A stretch of 34,085 nucleotides of DNA from Candidatus Dojkabacteria bacterium (GTDB taxonomy: Bacteria; Patescibacteriota; Dojkabacteria; J137): contig JBGSZB010000023.1 in assembly GCA_041750555.1 (NCBI GenBank), positions 1-34,085 on the forward strand, written 5' to 3'. Position 1 is the first letter of the stretch. The number at the start of each line of letters is the position of its first letter. Of the stretch, positions 1 to 14,709 are shown one piece after another. Made by a program: the position numbers and the translations under genes. The notes beneath the pieces were generated by a model. It had not been told where the DNA came from. It saw only the letters and a program-made list of their open reading frames with translations, and did no database searches.

Positions 1-1155
1 TCCTTCATCAGAATCTTTTTTAGAATCTTTAGCCATTCTTTTTAGAGATAATCCTAAATGTCTATCATCATGTGATATTGAGATAATTACAACCTTAACT
101 TTATCTCCAATACTTACAACCTCTCCTGGATCTTTAACTAATTTTGAAGATAGTTCAGAAATATGGATTAATCCATTTAAACCTTCTTCAATCTTTACAA
201 AAGCTCCATAATCAGCAATACTTTTTATCTCTCCCTCTACTACTTGACCGATCTTGTATTTATCTACAATGCTCTTCCAAGGATCATCAATCAATCTCTT
301 AATACTGTAAGCAACTCTTTTACCTGAATCTTGAATTCCAATTACTTGAACTCTTACAGGATCATTAATCTTAAAGAAGTCTCCTGGATTAGTTACTTTA
401 TCCCATGATATTTCAGATAAATGTACTAAACCTTCAACACCTTTTGCATTTACAAATAGTCCGAATGGAGTAATTCCTGTTACATTACCTTCCATTACAT
501 CGCCTACTTTAAGTGCTGCTAATGTTTCTTTTCTTAAATTCATATCTGAGCTATCTGAATACACAGATTTTTCTGACAGAATAACTTTATTCTTCTCTTT
601 ATCAACCTCCATTACTCTTACACTTAAACTTTCTCCTATCATTTCAGCTAATTTGATTTGAAGCATTTTACTTGCCTCTTCTTTTGTAGAATAACTTCCA
701 ATGTTATATATTCTACTATTCTTTAATTGTGAAGTTGGAACAAATCCTCTTAGCCCATCTGTAATTTCAACTAATACACCTCCAGTGTTAGCTTCAATTA
801 CTTTAACCTCTATAGTTGCTTCGTTCTCTTTAGCTAAATCAAGTTCGTGCCATTTTAATGCAGAGCCAGTCTTTCTAACAGAAACAGAAACTCTACCCTC
901 TTCATTTTCAGGATTAGTTACAAAAACTAGGATTTTATCTCCTACTTTTTTATTAATCCTTTTTCCATTAAGTTTCATTTCTCTTCCAGAAATTACTCCT
1001 TCTGCTCTTGCTCCTACATTTACTACTATCTCGCCATCTAGTACTTTTACTATTACGGCTTCGATAATATCGCCTTTTTTAAAGATTTTTGGAGCCTCCA
1101 TTTCTTTAAAAACCTCATCTAAGGGATGAGATACCTTTGTATTCTTCTTTGCCAT
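1..1155 (-). CDS. rpsA: 30S ribosomal protein S1 (3' end runs off the window)
   Basis: Not in the ORF track because it has no stop in the window. Manual translation from ATG at 1155 (MAKKNTK...) gives four S1 repeats: ANTGGVLVEI..GLRGFVPTSQL, GITPFGLFVN..GVEGLVHLSEISWDKV, IADYGAFVKIEEGLNGLIHISELS, HLGLSLKR. Confidence 0.95.
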   Translation of the reverse strand, partial: MAKKNTKVSHPLDEVFKEMEAPKIFKKGDIIEAVIVKVLDGEIVVNVGARAEGVISGREMKLNGKRINKKVGDKILVFVTNPENEEGRVSVSVRKTGSALKWHELDLAKENEATIEVKVIEANTGGVLVEITDGLRGFVPTSQLKNSRIYNIGSYSTKEEASKMLQIKLAEMIGESLSVRVMEVDKEKNKVILSEKSVYSDSSDMNLRKETLAALKVGDVMEGNVTGITPFGLFVNAKGVEGLVHLSEISWDKVTNPGDFFKINDPVRVQVIGIQDSGKRVAYSIKRLIDDPWKSIVDKYKIGQVVEGEIKSIADYGAFVKIEEGLNGLIHISELSSKLVKDPGEVVSIGDKVKVVIISISHDDRHLGLSLKRMAKDSKKDSDEG

Positions 1156-1221
1156 ATTAATTATTTTGAAACAATTGGATTTTTCTCAATGAGAAGATTG
1201 TTTCATCCTTTTATGTATTGG

Positions 1222-1230
1222 ATTATATCA
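1222..1230 (-). promoter_or_regulatory. Putative extended -10 promoter of rpsA (TGATATAAT)
   Basis: Perfect TGnTATAAT on the minus strand about 65 nt upstream of the rpsA ATG. Confidence 0.55.
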
Positions 1231-1247
1231 AAAAATTTACAGATATT

Positions 1248-2408
1248 CTAATTCAAATATCTATATACTACTGAGGAAATATCTCTTAAAAGTACTTGTC
1301 CTAAATCCCAATCTATATATTCATCCATAATAACTAGGGAGTAATCTGTATATTCTCCAAGAACTATTGCAGCATCTTGATAACTATATTTATCGCCAGC
1401 CATAAGTGTCCCAATTTTATTATAGTATGTTGTTCCACTCGGTAATCCTAATCCAACTCCTGCCCTAGCCAAATCTCCTGCTTCTTCAAGCTTATTTAAT
1501 ATATACTCACTAGATTCTTTTGATATTCCCTCATTTAAATAAAGTTTCTGTAGTAACTTTCCAACGTTTTTAGCTGTTCCTTGTGGTGGATCTAAGAATA
1601 ATGGATTAACCCCTAATTCATTCATTATTCTAGGATTTACTGCTTCCCAATTACCACCTAAAAAATACGTTAAGATATACCATGCGTTATTATCACTCAT
1701 AGATAGTAAATTACTTAAGTAGTAATCTATTGTTACTTCAGTTCCTTCAGGAAGGGATCCAATATTTCCAGAAAAACTAAATTTTTGTGAATCAAGAATA
1801 GGATATGTAGTATCTAGGGTATATAACCCTTTATCTATATCCATCATAACAAGCATTGCAACGGGTAATTTAGCTATACTTGCAGGCTCTACTATCTTAT
1901 CCTTATTGTAATCCCACCCTAGTTCTCTTTTAAAATCATATAGATTTATACTAAATTGATCCCTATATTCCCCTAAAACACTCTCGATTTCAGTTTTCAT
2001 CGAGACTAAATCTACCTCCTTGTACCTAACACTTATCTCGTATTGCACTATCCTGTCGCCATATTCAAAAATGTAGGTATATTCCCCTTTGTTGTTAAAT
2101 ATAAATGTCACTATCTCGGTACTCCCAGTTATATCAACACTCTCTGATAACATATCTCCACTTGTCATATTATCTATACTCTCTTCAACTTGGTATTTCT
2201 CCCCTACCAATAAGCTAATCGCTATAGTTTCTTCAGATTTTTTAATGTTTAAATTTTCTTCATTAGTCTCCATCACATAGGATAAAGAATTACCATTATC
2301 TTGAGTATTACTTGAAATGTATATAAAGAAAGCTATTACAGATAATAATAAACCTATCATTAAAGATAGGAATATTACTAATATTTTAAAAAGATTGTCC
2401 TCTTTCAA
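1248..2408 (-). CDS. Membrane-anchored class A beta-lactamase-like serine hydrolase / PBP-like peptidase
   Basis: N-terminal TM helix; SxxK (ASIAK), SDN (MSDNNA) and KTG-like (NKIG) motifs in class A order; TTG start. Confidence 0.8.
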   Translation of the reverse strand: MKEDNLFKILVIFLSLMIGLLLSVIAFFIYISSNTQDNGNSLSYVMETNEENLNIKKSEETIAISLLVGEKYQVEESIDNMTSGDMLSESVDITGSTEIVTFIFNNKGEYTYIFEYGDRIVQYEISVRYKEVDLVSMKTEIESVLGEYRDQFSINLYDFKRELGWDYNKDKIVEPASIAKLPVAMLVMMDIDKGLYTLDTTYPILDSQKFSFSGNIGSLPEGTEVTIDYYLSNLLSMSDNNAWYILTYFLGGNWEAVNPRIMNELGVNPLFLDPPQGTAKNVGKLLQKLYLNEGISKESSEYILNKLEEAGDLARAGVGLGLPSGTTYYNKIGTLMAGDKYSYQDAAIVLGEYTDYSLVIMDEYIDWDLGQVLLRDISSVVYRYLN

Positions 2409-2464
2409 TTGTTACAATATGTATTAGTATATTGTAACAGAATACATACAGTTAATTAATCTGA

Positions 2465-2839
2465 TTACAAATTATATTTTTCAACCCTATAGCCTGCTTC
2501 AGACTCTGGATCCAAATCTAATCTCATACCGTTTACTGAATAGGTTCGATTAGCAAGAACCTCTTTTATAGTTGCTTTTGCTTCTGTAGTCTGAGCTCCA
2601 ACTAATTTATTCATGAAAAGGATATGAAACATTGTTTCAGATAAAGTATAAGGTCTATTCTCATCTTCATTAATTGCATTTTGCACAAATGATAATCTTT
2701 TACCATCTCTAAGCTTCATAACTACCTCGCTACCCACATTAACAGATACTCTTCCTTGAAAATCATCGAAAGTTTCAAATTCTGGAGTATAAGTTCCCAT
2801 ATCATTAAAAACTTTATTATTATCCGGCATATTTGTCAT
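2465..2839 (-). CDS. Hypothetical protein (124 aa)
   Basis: Clean ORF with upstream TATAAT; no recognised motif. Confidence 0.65.
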   Translation of the reverse strand: MTNMPDNNKVFNDMGTYTPEFETFDDFQGRVSVNVGSEVVMKLRDGKRLSFVQNAINEDENRPYTLSETMFHILFMNKLVGAQTTEAKATIKEVLANRTYSVNGMRLDLDPESEAGYRVEKYNL

Positions 2840-2901
2840 AATATTTATTTAAAAATTAATCCCTAATTATATAACCTCAATTCTTTTTGGTAAACAGCCA
2901 T

Positions 2902-2930
2902 AAAAAAAGTCCCTTTTATGGGACTTCTTT
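2902..2930 (-). terminator. Intrinsic terminator of the rRNA operon
   Basis: Minus strand reads AAGTCCC-ATAAAA-GGGACTT followed by a T run, immediately after 5S. Confidence 0.85.
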
Positions 2931-2934
2931 TAAA

Positions 2935-3051
2935 ACCGGCAATTACCTATTTTCTCACAATGCGGAGCACTGAAATATCTTCGGCTCAATTCTGTTTCAC
3001 TTCTGAGTTCGGTATGGGATCAGGTGGTTCCAGAACGATACTATCACCGGA
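2935..3051 (-). rRNA. rrf: 5S rRNA
   Basis: CCACCTGATCCCATACCGAACTCAGAAGTGAAA core; ends CCGGTGAT and ATTGCCGG pair. Confidence 0.95.
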
Positions 3052-3138
3052 TAATTGGGGTCGAGTAAATATACATTTACTCACGTTCCCAATTAACTAG
3101 TGACATATTTTGCCTTAAAGAACATATTGTTCTCTTAA

Positions 3139-6269
<3,131 letters not shown>

Positions 6270-6355
6270 GTTAAAGAACAATATATATAACTAACAGTAA
6301 ACTGCCAGTCACTAATTTTCAAATACTAATATTTAAAAACTAGTTACTAACATTG

Positions 6356-6428
6356 TGGAGTCTATGGGACTCGAACCCATAACCCCTTCATTGCAAATGA
6401 AGTGCTCTACCAATTAAGCTAAGACCCC
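6356..6428 (-). tRNA. tRNA-Ala(TGC), CCA not encoded
   Basis: GGGGTCT/AGACTCC acceptor stem with G3.U70; anticodon arm CTTCA-TT-TGC-AA-TGAAG; GTTCGAGTC T-loop. Confidence 0.96.
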
Positions 6429-6434
6429 AAATAA

Positions 6435-6511
6435 TGGTAGGCGTTCCAAGACTCGAACTTGGGACCTCACCCTTATCAGAGGTGCGCTCTAGCCAGCTGA
6501 GCTAAACGCCT
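6435..6511 (-). tRNA. tRNA-Ile(GAT), CCA encoded
   Basis: AGGCGTT/AACGCCT acceptor stem; anticodon arm CACCT-CT-GAT-AA-GGGTG; canonical spacer position. Confidence 0.96.
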
Positions 6512-6563
6512 GTAACTTAAAACAGGTAAACCTGTTCTATCATCACCTGCTATATATACTATA

Positions 6564-6573
6564 TTAAAGAGCA
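6564..6573 (-). promoter_or_regulatory. boxA antitermination element in the 16S-23S spacer (TGCTCTTTAA)
   Basis: Matches the boxA consensus TGCTCTTTAA; related copies at 8320-8329, 6269-6280 and 3115-3124. Confidence 0.65.
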
Positions 6574-6580
6574 ATATACT

Positions 6581-8323
<1,743 letters not shown>

Positions 8324-8396
8324 AGAACCACAACAAGTAACATTAATCTGGATTTTTGGTCTTCCGTAATGGATAAGAACCAAATAAGGTAGTTGA

Positions 8397-8426
8397 ATTA
8401 TACTATGAAAATATTGGAAATTACAA
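8397..8426 (-). promoter_or_regulatory. Putative sigma70 promoter of the rRNA operon
   Basis: TTGTAA (8426-8421), 18 nt spacer, TATAAT (8402-8397), upstream of the boxA and processing stem. Confidence 0.6.
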
Positions 8427-8434
8427 ATATATTC

Positions 8435-8824
8435 TTAATCTTTTGATATTTGATACAAACTATCGCGAGTTTTACCTATTTGCCTTACAACACCACTCTT
8501 TTCAAGCTTTTCAAGGTCTCTTCTAATAGTTCTTGTAGAAACATCTACAAACCTCTCTCCTAAGTTTTTAATATCAAAAGTATCCTTTTGAAGTCCTTTA
8601 ATGAATTCTCTCATTTCTAACTGCCTTTGATTTAACTCTAACTCCATCTCTTTATTTCTTTTCTCTAACTTTCTTTTAACACTTTTAACCTTTCTAGTAG
8701 TCTTTACTCCTATATCCTCTAATTCAACTCTATTCTCCTTATGCATATACAGATAGAAAACAAATAGCAAGCCAAAGCTTAATATAAAAAGTAAAAACAT
8801 TATTATTCTTAAAAAGTTTTTCAT
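8435..8824 (-). CDS. Membrane-anchored protein with C-terminal DeoR-type winged HTH
   Basis: N-terminal hydrophobic helix; C-terminal FVDVSTRTIRRDLEKLEKSGVV is the DeoR HTH signature. Confidence 0.75.
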   Translation of the reverse strand: MKNFLRIIMFLLFILSFGLLFVFYLYMHKENRVELEDIGVKTTRKVKSVKRKLEKRNKEMELELNQRQLEMREFIKGLQKDTFDIKNLGERFVDVSTRTIRRDLEKLEKSGVVRQIGKTRDSLYQISKD

Positions 8825-8834
8825 ATTTTTCTTA

Positions 8835-11450
8835 CTATAAAGTATATTCCTTCATACCACCCCAAGTTTTACCGTACTTAACCTCAATTTTGTATTTCAC
8901 TCCTAAATCATACACACCTTCCATTACATAATATATACTTTTAATAAATTTCTCAAGGTTACTTTCTTCAGATATTTCAAATAAAAACTCATCATGAACC
9001 TGAAGTATTAATTTTGCATTAAATTCCTTTAATATATCATCAAACTCAATCATACACTTTTTCATAATGTCTGCAGCACTTCCTTGTATAATAAAGTTAA
9101 ACAATTCTCTCTCACTTGCACTTCTCAATCCTCTATTTGAAGAATTAATGTTCGGATCATATCTTTTTCTACCTAAAACAGTTTCTGTAAAGTTAGTAAT
9201 TCTTGCATTCTCAATAGACGTTTTAAGAAATTTTGCTACATTTGGATAATTTAAATAATAGCTATCGATAAAGCTTTTAGCCTCAGCAAATGGAACTTTT
9301 AATCTCTCTGCTAATGCAAAAGCTGAGATACCGTATATTACTGAAAAATTAATTGTTTTACCTACATCTCTTTGAAAAGAAGTTACTTCATTCTCTGAAA
9401 CTTGAAAAATTTCACTTGCAGTTTTTTTATGAATATCTCTATCTTGTTCAAAAGATTTTAACATTTCTTCTTCTTGAGCGAGACTTGCTAATATTCTCAA
9501 CTCTTGTTGAGAGTAATCAAAGCCAACTAGGACATTTGAATCTTCTGAAACAAATAAATTTCTAATATTAAATCCTGATGCCTCTCCTTTTGGAATGTTT
9601 TGCATATTCGGATTCTTTGAAGAAAATCTCCCTGAAATTGCACCAAACTGATCCATTGTACTGTGAATCCTTTGTGTCTTAGGGTCAATATAATCACAAA
9701 GTTTAGATAAATAAGTACTTCTTAATTTCTCAAGCTCTCTATAACTTAATATTAAATCAATTAATTTATCAGTACCTTGGAGTAACTTTAAACTTGCCTC
9801 ATTAGTACTAGCCTGTCCTGACTTTGTTTTTTTAACACTAGTCAGCCCTCTCTCTTTAAATAATAAATCTGAAAGTTGTTTTGGAGAATTAATATTAAAT
9901 TCATGTCCAGCTTCACTATATATATCACTAATTAATTTTTGTAATTGATTATTTATTTTTTCTAATTCAATTTTAGTTTTATTAGGATCTAACTTAACAC
10001 CATTTCTCTCCATTTCAGCAACCCTTATTTGAAGTTCATCTTCTAATTTAAGTAGCTTACTTTCTTTAATAAATTCATTTAAGGTTTTTGAATTTTCTTT
10101 TATAAAATATACCCCACTTAATAAATCTATATCTCGCGAATATTCATTAAAAAAGTATAACTGTTCTTTAAAATCATAACTTACCCTACCCCCTGAATGT
10201 AATAATATAGCACTTCCTAAATCACATACATTATTAATATTAAATTCTAAGTTTAAATTCCTAACTAAATGATAAAACTTTTTTAAATTGTATAAGTAAA
10301 CTCTTTTATTCTTAATTAAATTAACAACAGTTTTAATATCATCAGAATTTAAAATGTAATAACTGTTTTCAAAAAGGATAATTCCCTTTAAAAACGATAT
10401 AGCTAAACAATTTAAAGACTCACTATACTCTATATACAAAAATGCCTCATCTCTTGAGATATCAGTTGGTAACTCCTTTAGCTCTACAAAGCCTTCCACC
10501 TCTTTTATCTTAGCTTCATTATCACTACTATCTTCTTCTATTAATAGCATATTACTTGCTAATTCAGGATATGCATCTCTCAACTTAGATAGTTTAGACA
10601 TTAATGATTTAAACTTAAGTCTATTAAAAATATTTTCTACCTCAGAGTATTTTAAAGTTGGAAAGTTAGCCTGTTCAAGTTTAAAATTAAGTGGCACTTC
10701 CCTATCTACTGTAGCTAATTTTTTTGAAAGTAGAGCTATTTCATAACTCTCCTCTAGCTTTGTCTTATACCTTTTATCTACTTCATTAATATTTTTAAAT
10801 ATATTTTCAATACTTCCATATTTAGTTATTAAATCAATTGCACCCTTAGGCCCAATTCCTCTAACTCCTGGGATATTATCAGAAGCATCTCCACTTATTC
10901 CTTTAAAATCTGCTATCTGTTCTGGAGTTACTCCCATTTTCTCTTTAACCATATCTACGTTATACAGTTTTGACTGAGAAAAAGAAGAACCTGCTAAATA
11001 TACAAATGTATCCTCATCAACTAATTGGAACAAATCTCTATCTCCTGTCACAATTATTGTTTGTGCCCACTCCCCTGAGTGCGATTTATCAATTGTGGCT
11101 ATAATATCATCAGCTTCATACCCTGAAACTTTTAATATTGGTATATCAAGAGTGTTTAATAACTCTTCTACTCTTGGGATTTGTATTACAAATTCGTCAT
11201 CAGCAGCCTTTCTATTTGCCTTATATTCAGTAAATTCTCCTGATCTAATTGTAGGACCTTCACTATCCATTAAAGCGACTACATGTGATGGTTTAAATTT
11301 TAATATGACATCTAATAACAAGCTCATAAATCCGTAAGCTGCATTAATAGGTAACCCATCTGAAGTTGTTAAAGATTTAGGGAATGCGTAGTAAGCTCTA
11401 TATATTAATGCATAAGAATCAATTAATAGTAATGTGGATTTTTTAGACAT
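8835..11450 (-). CDS. polA: DNA polymerase I (start reassigned to MSKK at 11450)
   Basis: 5'-3' exonuclease motifs (LLIDSYALIYRAYYA, GYEADDIIAT, GDASDNIPGV) and polymerase motifs (DYSQQELR, KTINFSVIYG, LQVHDE). Confidence 0.97.
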   Translation of the reverse strand: MSKKSTLLLIDSYALIYRAYYAFPKSLTTSDGLPINAAYGFMSLLLDVILKFKPSHVVALMDSEGPTIRSGEFTEYKANRKAADDEFVIQIPRVEELLNTLDIPILKVSGYEADDIIATIDKSHSGEWAQTIIVTGDRDLFQLVDEDTFVYLAGSSFSQSKLYNVDMVKEKMGVTPEQIADFKGISGDASDNIPGVRGIGPKGAIDLITKYGSIENIFKNINEVDKRYKTKLEESYEIALLSKKLATVDREVPLNFKLEQANFPTLKYSEVENIFNRLKFKSLMSKLSKLRDAYPELASNMLLIEEDSSDNEAKIKEVEGFVELKELPTDISRDEAFLYIEYSESLNCLAISFLKGIILFENSYYILNSDDIKTVVNLIKNKRVYLYNLKKFYHLVRNLNLEFNINNVCDLGSAILLHSGGRVSYDFKEQLYFFNEYSRDIDLLSGVYFIKENSKTLNEFIKESKLLKLEDELQIRVAEMERNGVKLDPNKTKIELEKINNQLQKLISDIYSEAGHEFNINSPKQLSDLLFKERGLTSVKKTKSGQASTNEASLKLLQGTDKLIDLILSYRELEKLRSTYLSKLCDYIDPKTQRIHSTMDQFGAISGRFSSKNPNMQNIPKGEASGFNIRNLFVSEDSNVLVGFDYSQQELRILASLAQEEEMLKSFEQDRDIHKKTASEIFQVSENEVTSFQRDVGKTINFSVIYGISAFALAERLKVPFAEAKSFIDSYYLNYPNVAKFLKTSIENARITNFTETVLGRKRYDPNINSSNRGLRSASERELFNFIIQGSAADIMKKCMIEFDDILKEFNAKLILQVHDEFLFEISEESNLEKFIKSIYYVMEGVYDLGVKYKIEVKYGKTWGGMKEYTL

Positions 11451-11477
11451 AGAGTTATTATACATTAAGATATTATA

Positions 11478-12011
11478 TTATTCTGATACTTTAGGAGTTA
11501 AAGTAGATATAAGTCTTAAAAGCCTTGGTTTTATAAACTTCTTTCCATTTGGAACAATTGAATCAGCATAATAGTATCTAGCTACCTCATTAAGATGCTT
11601 TAACAGAAGAGGATTATCAATATCAAGATTGATATACCTTTCATACAAAATAAATAACTCTGAAGGACTTGTATTAAAAATATTTTCAAAAATTTGAGAT
11701 TCCTCATTTAAAATATAAATGAAGGATGGATCTGGATAAGCTGTAAAATACTTAATTAAATTTGAGATTACTAATTTAGATTGATCTGTAGTATTTCCTA
11801 ATGCAAAGTTGTCTCCATATAATCCACTACAAACTGCTTTTAATATTTTTCTAACAATCTCTATTCTCTCTTCAATTAAACCTTCCCTTATCGTTATTTG
11901 CATAAGGCTATATAGAAATGGAATAGCCTTATCAGTTGGCAAACTTAAATTGGGTATAAGAAGTCCAAGGTATTGATCTATTTTAATATTGGCTGTCTTA
12001 TCTAATGACAT
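11478..12011 (-). CDS. Hypothetical protein (177 aa)
   Basis: ORF starts 1 nt after the ftsH stop; no recognised motif. Confidence 0.65.
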   Translation of the reverse strand: MSLDKTANIKIDQYLGLLIPNLSLPTDKAIPFLYSLMQITIREGLIEERIEIVRKILKAVCSGLYGDNFALGNTTDQSKLVISNLIKYFTAYPDPSFIYILNEESQIFENIFNTSPSELFILYERYINLDIDNPLLLKHLNEVARYYYADSIVPNGKKFIKPRLLRLISTLTPKVSE

Positions 12012-12012
12012 C

Positions 12013-14340
12013 TTAAACTAAACTTTCAAACTCTTCTTTACTTAAGACTTCTTTTTCTAATAGGGCATTTGCAACTCTATCTAAAACATCTCTTTTATCA
12101 TTTAGAATTTTTAATGCATTAGTATATGCGCTATCTATAATTTCTTTAACTTCAGAATCTATTGATTCAGCTGTTTTATCTGAATACTCTTTAGATGATG
12201 AGTAAGCATATCCTAAATATTCATCTTCTTCAAAGTCTCCATATTGAACAAGTCCAAGTTTTTTACTCATTCCAAATTTTTGAACCATTCTTTTTGCTAC
12301 AGTTGTTGCCTTTTCTATATCATTTGAGGCTCCTGTAGAGATGTCATCAAGAGCAACCTCTTCTGCTGCTCTTCCACCTAATCCCACTGTTATATCAGCT
12401 ACCAGCTTGTTTTTAGACATAATATATTCATCAGTCTCAGGCAAGAACATAGTAACTCCACCTGTATTACCTCTTGATGTAATAGATATTTTATCAACTG
12501 GTGTAGAATTTGGAGTAAATTTAGAAACAACAGCATGCCCTGCTTCATGATAAGCAACTAGCTTTAATTCATTTTGTGTTCTTTTTCTAGATCTTTTAGC
12601 TGGTCCTAAGATTACTTTAGAAACTGCTTCTTCAATATCATCCATATTAATTTTCTGTTTACCCTCTTTTGCTGCAATAATAGCTGCTTCATTTAATATA
12701 TTTTCTAAATCAGCTCCTGTAAAGCCTACAGTTCTTTTAGCAATCTTTTCAAGATCAACATCGCTATCAAATGGTTTATTCTTACCATGTATAGTTAATA
12801 TCTCTTTTCTACCATCTGCATCAGGAACTTCAATTCTAACCTGTCTATCAAATCTACCAGGTCTTAAAATTGCTGGGTCTAATACATCAGGTCTATTTGT
12901 AGCTGCTAAAACAATAACATTAACATTCTTTTCAAACCCATCCATCTCTACCAATATCTGGTTTAATGTTTGTTCTGTAGTTCCTGATTGAATTCTAGTT
13001 CCTCTTTTTCTAGCTACAGCATCAATTTCATCAATAAAGATTAATGAAGGTGCAGCTTTTTTAGCCTTAGAAAACAAATCTCTAACTCTACTAGCTCCAG
13101 CTCCAACTAACATCTCTTCAAATTCTGAACCTGAAGTATGGAAAAATGGAACACCTGCTTCTCCTGCAATTGCTCTAGCTAAAAGTGTTTTACCAGTTCC
13201 AGGAGCTCCTACCATTAGGATTCCCTTTGGTATTCTAGCTCCAAGTTTTCTAAATTTATTAGGATTTTTTAAGAAATCTACAATCTCATTTAATTCTTCT
13301 CTTGCTTCATTAATACCTGCAACATCTTTAAATGTAGTATCAGTTTTAGATCCAAAAAATATTTTTGCTTTAGATTGACCAAACTGCATTATTCCCATGC
13401 CAGAAGACTGTGCTCCTCTAAAGATAATTATTCCGAGTACAACAAAACCTACTAATACAAACACTGTTAAGATATCATCAAAAGTAATAGTTGATGGAAC
13501 GTTATTTGGAATAACTTCTAAATTTTCTGATGTTAGTGAAATACCTTCATTTTGTAATAAATCAGTAAAAGAATATACGCTTGGAGCCCAATCAATATAT
13601 GATTTATCTATAAACTCACTTCTTAATTTTGCAATAATTTGCCCATCTATATTCCAAATTGATTCAATCTGAGAATTTTTAACTCTTGTAGTTAGTCCAT
13701 TAACATCAGTTAGTGTTGAAAAGCTTTTTAAGTTTGAAACACTTATTCCTAAACTACCTAAATTAATATTGTTTTCATCTATATATTTATTAAACGAATC
13801 TTTAGTTGTATCTTTTACCATTAGATCGTTTGTAGATAAAGGTCTTTTAGCAACAATAAAATCATCACCTATTACAATTTCAGTAATATTATCTGAGCTT
13901 CTTCCAAAAAATGTTCTGATTTGATCAATCACATCATAGCTTTTTAATTGATCTCCTAGATTTTGTAATGAAACTATTTCAAATCCTCTTGTAACTTGTG
14001 TCTCTAAAGAATTATTATCTTCAGCTACTAAATATGATTTACCATTAGCAATTACTCTTGAATCATTTTGAATAATTAATTGAGAATATTTATTATCCTC
14101 TACATTTCTTAATAACTGATCTAGAGATATTTTATCTGTATAAACATTTCTACTTGTTAATCCAAAAATTACAAATATTAAAAGAAATACTGTTATTAAT
14201 AATAGAATAGGACTAGATCTAAAAATTAAAGTTCTATTTTTCTTAGGCTTATTATTGGTTCCTATCTTTTTTAGTAACTCATTTGAAAAGTTTTCAAACT
14301 CATTCTTACCCTTTTTATCATTTTTAGTTTTTGAATCCAT
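12013..14340 (-). CDS. ftsH: ATP-dependent zinc metalloprotease FtsH
   Basis: Two TM helices, Walker A GAPGTGKT, Walker [36 protein letters not shown] zinc motif. Confidence 0.98.
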   Translation of the reverse strand: MDSKTKNDKKGKNEFENFSNELLKKIGTNNKPKKNRTLIFRSSPILLLITVFLLIFVIFGLTSRNVYTDKISLDQLLRNVEDNKYSQLIIQNDSRVIANGKSYLVAEDNNSLETQVTRGFEIVSLQNLGDQLKSYDVIDQIRTFFGRSSDNITEIVIGDDFIVAKRPLSTNDLMVKDTTKDSFNKYIDENNINLGSLGISVSNLKSFSTLTDVNGLTTRVKNSQIESIWNIDGQIIAKLRSEFIDKSYIDWAPSVYSFTDLLQNEGISLTSENLEVIPNNVPSTITFDDILTVFVLVGFVVLGIIIFRGAQSSGMGIMQFGQSKAKIFFGSKTDTTFKDVAGINEAREELNEIVDFLKNPNKFRKLGARIPKGILMVGAPGTGKTLLARAIAGEAGVPFFHTSGSEFEEMLVGAGASRVRDLFSKAKKAAPSLIFIDEIDAVARKRGTRIQSGTTEQTLNQILVEMDGFEKNVNVIVLAATNRPDVLDPAILRPGRFDRQVRIEVPDADGRKEILTIHGKNKPFDSDVDLEKIAKRTVGFTGADLENILNEAAIIAAKEGKQKINMDDIEEAVSKVILGPAKRSRKRTQNELKLVAYHEAGHAVVSKFTPNSTPVDKISITSRGNTGGVTMFLPETDEYIMSKNKLVADITVGLGGRAAEEVALDDISTGASNDIEKATTVAKRMVQKFGMSKKLGLVQYGDFEEDEYLGYAYSSSKEYSDKTAESIDSEVKEIIDSAYTNALKILNDKRDVLDRVANALLEKEVLSKEEFESLV

Positions 14341-14369
14341 AATTTTATATTTATTAATTAAGAAAGTTA

Positions 14370-14443
14370 TACCAGGAGGCAGGATCGAACTGCCGACCTC
14401 AGGTTTATGAATCCTGTGCTCTAACCAACTGAGCTACCCTGGC
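14370..14443 (-). tRNA. tRNA(CAT), probably elongator tRNA-Met
   Basis: Cloverleaf GCCAGGGTAGCTCAGTTGGTTAGAGCACAGGATTCATAAACCTGAGGTCGGCAGTTCGATCCTGCCTCCTGGTA; lacks the C4-G69/C5-G68 pairs typical of Ile2. Confidence 0.9.
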
Positions 14444-14501
14444 TAATTATCTGCTAATTTTAACAGATATATTAGTCTTTAAAAAACTTTTAAGATTTTT
14501 T

Positions 14502-14535
14502 AAATAGAAAGGCTCGACAAACGTGCCGAGCCTTT
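14502..14535 (-). terminator. Intrinsic terminator-like hairpin between the two tRNA-Met genes
   Basis: AAAGGCTCGGCA-CGTT-TGTCGAGCCTTT followed by CTATTT (12 bp stem including one G.U). Confidence 0.7.
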
Positions 14536-14565
14536 ATGTATACCTTTTTTTAAAGGCACGGTTTG

Positions 14566-14595
14566 ATTATACACATTGAATTATTATTTAAGCAA
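14566..14595 (-). promoter_or_regulatory. Putative sigma70 promoter driving a short structured leader/sRNA
   Basis: TTGCTT (14595-14590), 18 nt spacer, TATAAT (14571-14566). Confidence 0.5.
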
Positions 14596-14609
14596 GGGGG
14601 TGTTTTATT

Positions 14610-14684
14610 TGGTGGCGGGGGAACGACTCGAACGTTCGACCTTCAGGTTATGAGCCTGACGAGCTGCCACTGCTCTACCCCGCG
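14610..14684 (-). tRNA. Initiator tRNA-fMet(CAT), CCA encoded
   Basis: CGCGGGGTAGAGCAG 5' end, unpaired C1.C72, anticodon arm TCAGG-CT-CAT-AA-CCTGA; TGGTATAAT extended -10 at 14704-14696. Confidence 0.95.
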
Positions 14685-14709
14685 TTAGTGAATTGATTAT
14701 ACCAGTACC

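Noticed and set aside
701-1129. 142-aa plus-strand ORF
   Set aside because: Antisense shadow of rpsA, which the track missed because it has no stop in the window.
14370-14443. tRNA(CAT) as lysidine-type tRNA-Ile2
   Set aside because: The acceptor stem lacks typical TilS determinants and a separate UAU tRNA exists. Elongator Met is more parsimonious but unproven.
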